From NCBI GenBank assembly GCA_044228435.1, contig JBGAUW010000003.1, positions 285,094 to 349,093 of the forward strand: a stretch of 64,000 nt of DNA, read 5' to 3'. The number at the start of each line of letters is the position of its first letter. Position 1 is the stretch's first letter. The notes beneath the pieces are model-generated. The model saw nothing but the letters and a program-made list of their open reading frames with translations, ran no database searches and was not told the origin of the DNA. Origin of the DNA: Chitinophagales bacterium (GTDB lineage: Bacteria; Bacteroidota; Bacteroidia; Chitinophagales; LD1). Both the position numbers and the translations under genes were made by a program. Shown here one piece after another: positions 56,830 through 64,000 of this stretch.

Positions 56830-56967
56830 ATGCAAAAGCAAACAAAAAATATTGCCCGGATACTATTAGCCATTTTAACCGGTATAATACTGGCTACTAC
56901 TTTACCATCGTGCGCTGCTAATAAGTGCGATTGCCCCGAATTTGGCGGCCACCGGCTTAAGCACTAA
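56830..56967 (+). CDS. Small putative lipoprotein with PSC-xx-NK-xx-CP motif
   Basis: 45 aa from the ATG at 56830: MQKQTKNIARILLAILTGIILATTLPSCAANKCDCPEFGGHRLKH. A paralogue lies at 60951-61175. Confidence 0.45.
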   Translation: MQKQTKNIARILLAILTGIILATTLPSCAANKCDCPEFGGHRLKH

Positions 56968-57036
56968 TTTTTAACGGATTAGGGCTTGACAAAAGTTGGG
57001 GCTTGTATTACATTATTAATAACTCAAGCGTAAAAA

Positions 57037-57282
57037 ATGAAACCCCTGCACCACTTACAACCCGGAGAGAAAGCTTTTATTGTAGATATGCGCAATACCA
57101 AATTTTGCGAAAAGATGTTCGAATTGGGCGTTTTTCCGGGCGATTTGGTAGAAATGAAGGAAAATAACAGCGATAATAACTCGGTGGTGGTTACTATTAA
57201 TAACCACACCTTCAACATTTACAGGCCCGCCGCCGAAACTATTATTACCAATGTAGTAAGTTTCGAAATTAACCTTAACTAG
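57037..57282 (+). CDS. feoA: FeoA family protein
   Basis: 81 aa, SH3-like. The pattern LQPGEKAFIVDM...LGVFPGDLVEM is typical of FeoA. No feoB is present in the window. Confidence 0.75.
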   Translation: MKPLHHLQPGEKAFIVDMRNTKFCEKMFELGVFPGDLVEMKENNSDNNSVVVTINNHTFNIYRPAAETIITNVVSFEINLN

Positions 57283-57293
57283 TCTGTTTGGAT

Positions 57294-58145
57294 TTAATGG
57301 CTGCCTGTTTTGGTAACAATAGTTACCGTATCAAGGCTTTGAATCTCTTCTTTACGAAGGTTATTTACCACGTATACATAGCTAAGGCTATTGAAGTTGG
57401 TAGAGAGATTTAGCTTAATATCTAAAAAGTTTTTATCAGGCTCCATTTTCACCTCGGTAACCGTGCCTACCAGCACATTGCGCGGAAACAACTGCGAAAA
57501 ACCGCTGGTAACCAGTGTATCGCCTACCTTAACGGGCACATGCTTGGGTATATCTTCCATACTGGCGCTGGTAGAGTTTAGGCCCTCCCAGTGCATGTTG
57601 CCAAAAAACTCATTCTTTTTAAACTTAGCGCTTACTTTAAAATCTTTACTGAGCACACTCATAACGGCCGAATAATTATCGGTAACGCTTATTACCTGCC
57701 CCACTATGCCATTGCTGTTTATTACGCCCATTTGCTTTTGCACCCCCTGCAACCGGCCCCGGTCCAGGTAAATAATATTGGTAGCATGGTTAACCGAGTT
57801 TTTAATAACACGGGCACCTATGTAAAGATAATGCTGAACCGATTTAGATGTAGAATCGCTTATGTGGCCCGAATCGATGCGGGTATCGTAGCGGCTATCG
57901 TATAGCTGTGCGCGCAGCTTGGCGTTTTCCTGCACCAATGAGTCGCTAAAGCGTTTTAAGTAAAAATAATCGCTGGTGCCGCGGTAAGTAGCGTATACCT
58001 TTCCGGTGGCCTCGTTGGCTACACTGGCAAATGCTACTTCGTTGTAATGCTTATTTTGGTAAACCAGGTAAAAGCAAAATATTTCGAGCAGCAGAAACAG
58101 AAGGAAGAGGTGATAGCGAAGAAAGAACCGGAAGAGATTGTACAC
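57294..58145 (-). CDS. mreC: Rod shape-determining protein MreC
   Basis: 283 aa with an N-terminal TM helix, a coiled region and beta-barrel domains (GIVGQV, TSG..FP). It lies directly downstream of mreB. Confidence 0.85.
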   Translation of the reverse strand: MYNLFRFFLRYHLFLLFLLLEIFCFYLVYQNKHYNEVAFASVANEATGKVYATYRGTSDYFYLKRFSDSLVQENAKLRAQLYDSRYDTRIDSGHISDSTSKSVQHYLYIGARVIKNSVNHATNIIYLDRGRLQGVQKQMGVINSNGIVGQVISVTDNYSAVMSVLSKDFKVSAKFKKNEFFGNMHWEGLNSTSASMEDIPKHVPVKVGDTLVTSGFSQLFPRNVLVGTVTEVKMEPDKNFLDIKLNLSTNFNSLSYVYVVNNLRKEEIQSLDTVTIVTKTGSH

Positions 58146-58235
58146 GCCTACAAGTTAAATGTTATTGGTTGATGGTTATTTATAACAGCAAATCGGATTT
58201 CAATTAACTATTACCTGTTAACCCTTAACTTTTTA

Positions 58236-59264
58236 TCAATCGTCCATTAAGAAAGTAAAGCGGTCAATGTTTTTAAGCGCTATACCGGTGCCGCGCACTA
58301 CGGCGCGCAACGGGTCCTCAGCCACATGCACCGGCAACTTGGTTTTTTGCCCTATGCGCTTATCTAAGCCGCGCAACAAGGCACCACCGCCGGTAAGGTA
58401 AAGACCGGTTTTAAAAATATCGGCAGCCAGCTCGGGCGGCGTAGTTTCAAGTGCCTTTAATATCGCCTCTTCAATCTTCGAAATAGATTTATCGATAGCA
58501 TGGGCAATTTCGGAATACGATACAATAATTTGCTTAGGTATACCCGTCATCAAATCGCGGCCATTTACAGCGTAATCATCCGGTGGCGAATCGATATCAG
58601 TAAGGGCCGAGCCTACGTTAATCTTAATCATTTCGGCCGTACGCTCTCCAATAAGCATGTTGTGCTGGCGGCGCATATAATCCACTATGTCCAGTGTAAA
58701 CTCATCACCCGCAACGCGGATAGATTGGTCGCAAACAATACCGGCCAGTGCTATTACAGCAATTTCGGTAGTTCCGCCGCCGATATCAATAATCATGTTG
58801 CCGTTAGGCTCTTCTACATCAATGCCAATACCTATAGCGGCAGCCATAGGCTCGTGAATCATTTTTACATCCTGCCCGCCGGCCTGTTCAGCCGAATCTT
58901 TCACCGCCCGTTTTTCAACCTGTGTAATACCCGATGGGATGCAGATAACCATTTTATAGCGCGGTGGAAACAAAGGTTTTTTAGCGCCATAAATCATGCT
59001 TATCATTTCGCGTATCATACTTTCGGCGGCTCTAAAATCGGCTATTACCCCGTCCTTTAGCGGCCTTACGGTTTTGATATTCTCGTGTGTTTTTTCGTGC
59101 ATTTGCATAGCGCGCGTACCTACTGCAATTACTTTATCGGTGCGGCGGTCAATAGCAACTATCGAAGGCTGGTCAACAACAACTTTATCGTTATGAATAA
59201 TAAGCGTATTAGCAGTGCCGAGATCAATGGCAATTTCCTGAGTTAAAAAATTAAACAAAGCCAT
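58236..59264 (-). CDS. mreB: Rod shape-determining protein MreB
   Basis: 342 aa, actin-like ATPase with motifs IDLGTANT and DIGGGTTE. Confidence 0.95.
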   Translation of the reverse strand: MALFNFLTQEIAIDLGTANTLIIHNDKVVVDQPSIVAIDRRTDKVIAVGTRAMQMHEKTHENIKTVRPLKDGVIADFRAAESMIREMISMIYGAKKPLFPPRYKMVICIPSGITQVEKRAVKDSAEQAGGQDVKMIHEPMAAAIGIGIDVEEPNGNMIIDIGGGTTEIAVIALAGIVCDQSIRVAGDEFTLDIVDYMRRQHNMLIGERTAEMIKINVGSALTDIDSPPDDYAVNGRDLMTGIPKQIIVSYSEIAHAIDKSISKIEEAILKALETTPPELAADIFKTGLYLTGGGALLRGLDKRIGQKTKLPVHVAEDPLRAVVRGTGIALKNIDRFTFLMDD

Positions 59265-59461
59265 GCTTTGGTAGTGTGTTTAGAGCGAGTTTTAAATTGC
59301 GGGCAAAGTAGGTAAAATCTTATTACACTTAACGTATCTTTCCAATAAAAATTATCACAATCAATCATAAAATAAATTTAGCGCCAAAGGCAGGCTCCAT
59401 GTGATAATCCTCACTTACCAACAAGTTTTGTTTTAATAGTTTTGCTGCCTAAAATTGTGAC

Positions 59462-60100
59462 ATGCCAATAAGCAAAGATTTACACGATAACCGACGTAAC
59501 TATACCAAGCACGAGCTTACCGAAAACAAGATATCGCCTAACCCTTATGAGCAGTTTGGGTGGTGGCTGGAAGAAGCTACCGATGGGGGCATTTTAGAGC
59601 CCAATGCAATGGCTTTATCTACGGCTTCGGCTTCGGGCAGACCCTCCAGCCGCATAGTGCTGCTAAAAGCTTTCGACGAGCAAGGCTTTGTGTTTTATAC
59701 CAATTACAAAAGCCGCAAAGGCAAAGAGATTGGCGAGAATAATTTTGCCAGCCTGCTGTTTTTTTGGGATAAGCAGGAGCGCCAGATACGCATAGAAGGC
59801 ACCATTGAAAAAGTACATGTAGAGCTTTCGGAAAAATACTTTGCCTCGCGCCCATACGAAAGCCGCCTTAGCGCCATTGTTTCGGCCCAAAGCGAGGAAG
59901 TACCCTCGCGCGAATACCTGGAAGACCGATTGGAAGAGCTTAAACAGGCCGGCGAGACCAAAAGGCCCGAAAACTGGGGCGGATACCTGCTAAAGGCCGA
60001 TTATTTTGAGTTTTGGCAGGGAAGGGCCAGCAGGCTGCACGACCGTATTGTGTACGAACTTGAAAACGGAGCCTGGAGGATAAAAAGGCTGGCACCCTGA
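59462..60100 (+). CDS. pdxH: Pyridoxamine 5'-phosphate oxidase
   Basis: 212 aa. RIVLLK, FYTNYKSRKG and FEFWQGRASRLHDR are typical of PdxH. Confidence 0.95.
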   Translation: MPISKDLHDNRRNYTKHELTENKISPNPYEQFGWWLEEATDGGILEPNAMALSTASASGRPSSRIVLLKAFDEQGFVFYTNYKSRKGKEIGENNFASLLFFWDKQERQIRIEGTIEKVHVELSEKYFASRPYESRLSAIVSAQSEEVPSREYLEDRLEELKQAGETKRPENWGGYLLKADYFEFWQGRASRLHDRIVYELENGAWRIKRLAP

Positions 60101-60117
60101 TGGCTGGGCAAAAAGAA

Positions 60118-60166
60118 AAAGGTTAATGGCTAATAGTGTGCTGTTTAGCACCCTCTATTAACCTTT
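60118..60166. terminator. Bidirectional hairpin terminator between pdxH and the bTHX gene
   Basis: AAAGGTTAAT (60118-60127) is a perfect complement of ATTAACCTTT (60157-60166), with an inner GTGCT/AGCAC helix. Confidence 0.6.
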
Positions 60167-60192
60167 AACCTTCTCAACGAATAACGATTACT

Positions 60193-60384
60193 TTATTCTT
60201 CTGTCTTCTTTTTAGCAGCCGCTTTTTTAGCAGGGGCTTTTTTAGCTGCTGGTTTTTCTGCCTTTGCTTTTTTAGGGGCAGCAGCTTTTGCAGCGGCTTT
60301 CTTTTTTACGCGCGCTGGTCTGCTATTGCCGAATGAACCTTTAAATCTTTTTCCTTTGGCGGTTCTTTTATCTCCTCTTCCCAT
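60193..60384 (-). CDS. 30S ribosomal protein bTHX with Ala/Lys/Pro-rich C-terminal tail
   Basis: 63 aa from the ATG at 60384 (the ORF track extends to 60447). The N-terminus MGRGDKRTAKGKRFKGSFGNSRP matches the THX signature (MGKGD.RT..GK...G..G..RP). The tail reads KKKAAAKAAAPKKAKAEKPAAKKAPAKKAAAKKK. Confidence 0.8.
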   Translation of the reverse strand: MGRGDKRTAKGKRFKGSFGNSRPARVKKKAAAKAAAPKKAKAEKPAAKKAPAKKAAAKKKTEE

Positions 60385-60440
60385 AATTAAAAAGTTTTTT
60401 GTTGGGGGCGAATGTAAAAAATCAATTGGTATTTTACATA

Positions 60441-60485
60441 AAAACAAAACCCCGGGGCTTACAGCCTACCGGGGTTTTTATTTTT
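60441..60485 (-). terminator. Rho-independent terminator after the HU gene
   Basis: AAAACCCCGG (60446-60455) pairs with CCGGGGTTTT (60469-60478), with U-runs on both strands. Confidence 0.75.
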
Positions 60486-60502
60486 CGGGCTAAAGTAAAA
60501 GC

Positions 60503-60778
60503 CTATTTGTTCACTTTTTTAGCAAGCTCGGCACCCGCTTTAAACTTGGCTACTTTTTTAGCTTTAATATTAATTTCTTTTCCGGTTTGTGGGTTACGGC
60601 CTTTACGTGCGGCGCGTTTAGATAGCGAGAAAGTGCCAAAGCCAACCAATGTTACTTTGCCGCCTTTTGAAAGTGTAGCACCAACTGCATTGATGAATGA
60701 ATCAAGCGAATCGCCGGCCTGACTTTTTGTGACCTTTGCATCTTTCGCAATTTTGTCGATGAGTTCACCTTTGTTCAT
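60503..60778 (-). CDS. hup: HU family DNA-binding protein
   Basis: 91 aa with MNKGELIDKIA and GFGTF..R.AR.GRNPQTG. Confidence 0.95.
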   Translation of the reverse strand: MNKGELIDKIAKDAKVTKSQAGDSLDSFINAVGATLSKGGKVTLVGFGTFSLSKRAARKGRNPQTGKEINIKAKKVAKFKAGAELAKKVNK

Positions 60779-60950
60779 AATTGATATAGTTTAAATGGGT
60801 TAAAAAATTTGTTGAACAAAGATAATTGCGCGTTCCTCTTTTCCAAATCCCCAAATTTATTGGGTGTTAATAATGTGGTGGGCAACTGTAATTTGTGGGT
60901 AAGCTTGTATTAAAACAAATATCTTTACACTATTACAAGCACTGAAAATT

Positions 60951-61175
60951 ATGAGCGCTCTCAAAAAAATATCGATCCTGTTTTTTGCCTTTGCCCTTGC
61001 TGCCACCATGCCTTCGTGCAAAAGCAATAAAATTCCCTGCCCTACTTACGCCGATAGTTTTCCGGATAAGAAAGCCAAAAAAGGAAAGCAGAAGCCCGAT
61101 GTACCCAAGTCTACAAAAGCTAAAAGCAGTGTGCTGCCTCCGGGCTATAAAGGCAAAAAACAAAAGGCAGATTAG
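60951..61175 (+). CDS. Small putative lipoprotein with PSC-xx-NK-xx-CP motif and Lys-rich tail
   Basis: 74 aa. Signal MSALKKISILFFAFALAATMPSC, then KSNKIPCPTY and a Lys-rich tail. It is a paralogue of 56830-56967. Confidence 0.55.
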   Translation: MSALKKISILFFAFALAATMPSCKSNKIPCPTYADSFPDKKAKKGKQKPDVPKSTKAKSSVLPPGYKGKKQKAD

Positions 61176-61177
61176 GC

Positions 61178-61199
61178 CTTCGACTTCGCTCAGGCTGAC
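61178..61199. repeat. Solo half-copy of family A repeat
   Basis: CTTCGACTTCGCTCAGGCTGAC differs by one base from the arm at 49684-49705, and the flanking AAGCTTGCTTGGTT resembles ATGCTTCCTTGGTT. No partner arm is present. Confidence 0.65.
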
Positions 61200-61223
61200 A
61201 AGCTTGCTTGGTTGGAATTATGT

Positions 61224-63326
61224 CTAAGATATTTTACCCCACACTTTTTCTTTCGTTTCTACCTGCATGTGTCTTAGCAATGCGCGGTGCTCCGGTTTTT
61301 CCAGGCCAGGGTCCTGCTCTATCAGCACTTTGGCTGTATTACGGGCAGCTTCTAATATTTTTACATCGGCGGCTAAATCGGCCAACCTTAAATTAACTAC
61401 GCCACTCTGCTGGGTACCTTGTATATCGCCGGGGCCACGAAGGCGCAAATCTTCTTCAGCTATTACAAAACCATCATTGGTTTGCACCATTACGGCTATA
61501 CGCTGCTTGCTATCGTTCGATAGTTTTTTGCCAGTTATTAATATGCAGTACGATTGATCGGCGCCCCGACCCACACGTCCGCGCAGCTGGTGCAATTGTG
61601 ATAAGCCAAACCGCTCGGCGTTTTCAATAACCATTACGCTTGCGTTGGGCACATTTACACCTACTTCTATTACGGTAGTGGCAATCATTATCTGGGTTTC
61701 GCGTTTTACAAAACGCTGCATTTCAAAATCCTTATCGGCGCCCCGCATGCGGCCATGCACTATACTTATCTGGTATTTCGGCTTTGGAAACGCTCGCGAA
61801 ATACTTTCGTAGCCGTCCATCAGGTGTTTAAGGTCCAGCTTTTCGCTTTCCTCAATTAATGGGTATACAATGTAAATCTGTCGCCCTTTTTCAATCTCTT
61901 CTTTTAAAAAACCAAATACGCGCAGGCGTTCAGCATCGGTGCGGTGCACGGTGCGTATAGGTTTGCGGCCCGGTGGCAATTCGTCAATTACACTCACATC
62001 CAGGTCGCCGTAAATGGTCATAGCCAGGGTGCGGGGGATGGGGGTAGCCGTCATTACCAGAATGTGTGGAGGTTTTTCGTTTTTACCCCACAGGGCCGCG
62101 CGCTGTGCTACACCAAAGCGGTGCTGCTCGTCAATTACTACCAGCCCCAGGTTTTTAAACACTACGGTATCCTCAATCAGGGCATGGGTGCCTATTATAA
62201 TGTCAATCTTTCCTTCGGCCAGATTTTCTAAAATGTACTTACGCGCTTTACCCTTTACGTTACCGGTTAGCAGGGCAACCTCCAAATTCATTCCGCGCAG
62301 GGCCTCGGTTATGCTTTCGTAATGCTGGTTGGCCAAAATTTCGGTAGGCGCCATCAGGCAACCCTGAAAGCCATTATCAATAGCCATAAGCATACACAGC
62401 AGCGATACAATGGTTTTACCACTACCCACATCGCCCTGCAACAACCGGTTCATTTGTTTGCCCGAAAGGGTATCTTTTCGTATTTCTTTCAGCACCCTCT
62501 TTTGTGCACCCGTTAATTCGAATTTTAACTGCTGCTTGTAAAAATGGTTGAACCGGTTATCTATTTTTTCGAAAACAAAACCGCGCGAAACCTCCGCCCG
62601 GTTGCTTTTTACTTTTAGCATTTGCAGCTGCAGTAAAAACAACTCTTCAAATTTTAGCCGGCGCTGGGCCTCGTGCAGCAACTCTTCATTTTTAGGGAAA
62701 TGAATATTTACCATAGCCTGGTAGCGGGAGCACAGGCGGAACTGGCTTAAAATATCGGCCGGTAAAAACTCGGGCACGTCTCTTTCCTTCAACTGGTCGA
62801 ATAAGGTCCGCACCAGCCGTGCAATCCCTTTGCTTTCAAGGTTTTTCTTCTTCATCTTTTCGGTAGAAGAATAAACCGGTTGCAGGCCTTTACCCGCAGC
62901 ATTTAATTCATCAACAAAAATTTCGATCTCGGGATGGGCAATATTGTATTCGCCGTTAAAAACCGTAGGCCGCCCAAACACCAGCAAATCTACATTAGGC
63001 TTAAGCGTTTTTAGTATAAAATCAACGCTCTGAAACCAGATTAAATCTATTTCACCGGTATCATCTTTAAAGGTAGCCATCAGGCGCTTTTGCTTACCGG
63101 TGCTTAATTGCCTAAAACCGGTAATTTTTCCCTTTAGCTGAATGTATTGGGTAAGCGGGTTAAGGTCGCTTATTTTATGAATCAGGCTTCGGTCTACATA
63201 CCTAAAAGGGTAGTAGCCAAGCAAATCGGCAAAGGTATGTATGTGCAATTCCTTTTGCAGCGTTTCACCCCTTTGTGGACCCACACCCTTTAAAAACTCA
63301 ATTTTTGATTGCAGCAGCGTATTCAT
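61224..63326 (-). CDS. recG: ATP-dependent DNA helicase RecG
   Basis: 700 aa. Wedge/OB N-terminus, Walker A GDVGSGKT, DEQH box VIDEQHRFGV, and the helicase C motif QLHQLRGRVGRG. Confidence 0.95.
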   Translation of the reverse strand: MNTLLQSKIEFLKGVGPQRGETLQKELHIHTFADLLGYYPFRYVDRSLIHKISDLNPLTQYIQLKGKITGFRQLSTGKQKRLMATFKDDTGEIDLIWFQSVDFILKTLKPNVDLLVFGRPTVFNGEYNIAHPEIEIFVDELNAAGKGLQPVYSSTEKMKKKNLESKGIARLVRTLFDQLKERDVPEFLPADILSQFRLCSRYQAMVNIHFPKNEELLHEAQRRLKFEELFLLQLQMLKVKSNRAEVSRGFVFEKIDNRFNHFYKQQLKFELTGAQKRVLKEIRKDTLSGKQMNRLLQGDVGSGKTIVSLLCMLMAIDNGFQGCLMAPTEILANQHYESITEALRGMNLEVALLTGNVKGKARKYILENLAEGKIDIIIGTHALIEDTVVFKNLGLVVIDEQHRFGVAQRAALWGKNEKPPHILVMTATPIPRTLAMTIYGDLDVSVIDELPPGRKPIRTVHRTDAERLRVFGFLKEEIEKGRQIYIVYPLIEESEKLDLKHLMDGYESISRAFPKPKYQISIVHGRMRGADKDFEMQRFVKRETQIMIATTVIEVGVNVPNASVMVIENAERFGLSQLHQLRGRVGRGADQSYCILITGKKLSNDSKQRIAVMVQTNDGFVIAEEDLRLRGPGDIQGTQQSGVVNLRLADLAADVKILEAARNTAKVLIEQDPGLEKPEHRALLRHMQVETKEKVWGKIS

Positions 63327-63547
63327 TCAATCAACGAATTTACAATTGATTACATGAAGTAAAAATGAATAAAAACAAATGCAGCCTCAGTAGTAACAGA
63401 TTTTAAACACCATGTTGTAGTAAACAAGGTGCAGGCACAAACTAATTCCCCAAACAGGCGTAAGATTAACCGGTTGAGGAGCTTACTGCAAAAAGCGTAC
63501 GCAGGGGCATGTATTTAGCTATAAACTGCCTATAAAACCAACTCAGC

Positions 63548-64000
63548 ATGAATAAACTCTTTACCTGTTGCCTTGTCACCTTTTTTTATTCTGGTTATTG
63601 CCAGCCGCAGGTGGGTTTAGTTCCATTTGCTAATGGCTTAAACGGGGCCATTTCGGACATTGCGCACGCTAATGATAGTCGTTTGTTTGTAACGGAACAG
63701 TTAGGTTATATAAGAATAGTGCAACCCAATGGTACCGTTTCAGCCAGGCCTTTTTTAGATATACGGAGCAAGGTTACACCTAATGTAATTGACAGTGTGA
63801 AAGAGCAGGGTTTATTGGGACTTGCCTTTAGCCCCAACTATGCTACCGATGGATATTTTTACGTGCATTATACTAACAAAACCGGTGTGGGCAATGTGGT
63901 AATTGCCCGCTACCATGTAAGCAGCAACCCCGATAGCGCGGATGCGAATAGCGAGCAGATATTTCTAACCGTGCACAAACCCTACACCAACCACAACGGA
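63548..64000 (+). CDS. PQQ-dependent sugar dehydrogenase (glucose/sorbosone dehydrogenase family), 5' partial at window end
   Basis: The open frame from the ATG at 63548 runs to the window edge (151 codons), so it is absent from the ORF track. It has a signal peptide plus EQGLLGLAFSPNY and DGYFYVHYT motifs. Confidence 0.7.
   Translation, partial: MNKLFTCCLVTFFYSGYCQPQVGLVPFANGLNGAISDIAHANDSRLFVTEQLGYIRIVQPNGTVSARPFLDIRSKVTPNVIDSVKEQGLLGLAFSPNYATDGYFYVHYTNKTGVGNVVIARYHVSSNPDSADANSEQIFLTVHKPYTNHNG

Noticed and set aside
1-64000. Search for tRNA or rRNA genes, transposases, integrases, and phage, toxin-antitoxin or known defence-system genes.
   Set aside because: I found no T-loop GGTTCGAATCC-type segments in cloverleaf context, no rRNA-like stretches and no ORF with recombinase, transposase or defence motifs. 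The window appears to be core chromosome.

Overview
This 64-kb segment looks like densely packed core chromosome of a Bacteroidota organism, probably a Sphingobacteriaceae member (Mucilaginibacter/Pedobacter-like). That placement is an inference from gldB, a T9SS C-terminal sorting domain, ribosomal protein bTHX, a long type-2 IleRS, class II NrdJ, a GGGPS/PcrB homologue, moderate GC content and typical intergenic palindromic repeats. About 58 protein-coding genes are supported on both strands. They include housekeeping genes (ligA, nadE, nrdJ, ileS-lspA, mreBC, recG, rsgA, dtd, ppa, pdxH, HU, bTHX, lptB, clpP). They also include envelope genes: an AsmA-like protein, a 1506-aa alpha-2-macroglobulin-like protein, M1 aminopeptidase, an OmpA-family protein, gldB, an ArnT-like glycosyltransferase and a GT-dgkA operon. 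I saw no rRNA, tRNA, CRISPR array, transposase, integrase or prophage genes, so most of the window is ordinary. All product calls rest on motif and architecture recognition from the translated ORFs; no database search was run. The most unusual locus is a gene-poor, AT-rich 0.76-kb island at 41573-42335. It has switch-like complementary segments, two tiny ORFs (54 and 28 aa) that both start ATGGCAAAA, and a strong terminator. Immediately downstream lies an alkaline-phosphatase-superfamily enzyme whose sulfatase CxPxR site reads TLPAT. Other points worth a second look: several families of intergenic palindromic repeats, one of which has an in-frame copy inside nadE; an LptB with a ~130-aa C-terminal extension; two small lipoprotein paralogues sharing a PSC-xx-NK-xx-CP motif; a bTHX with a histone-H1-like tail next to HU; and an XrtF-like exosortase paired with an unknown polytopic membrane protein.
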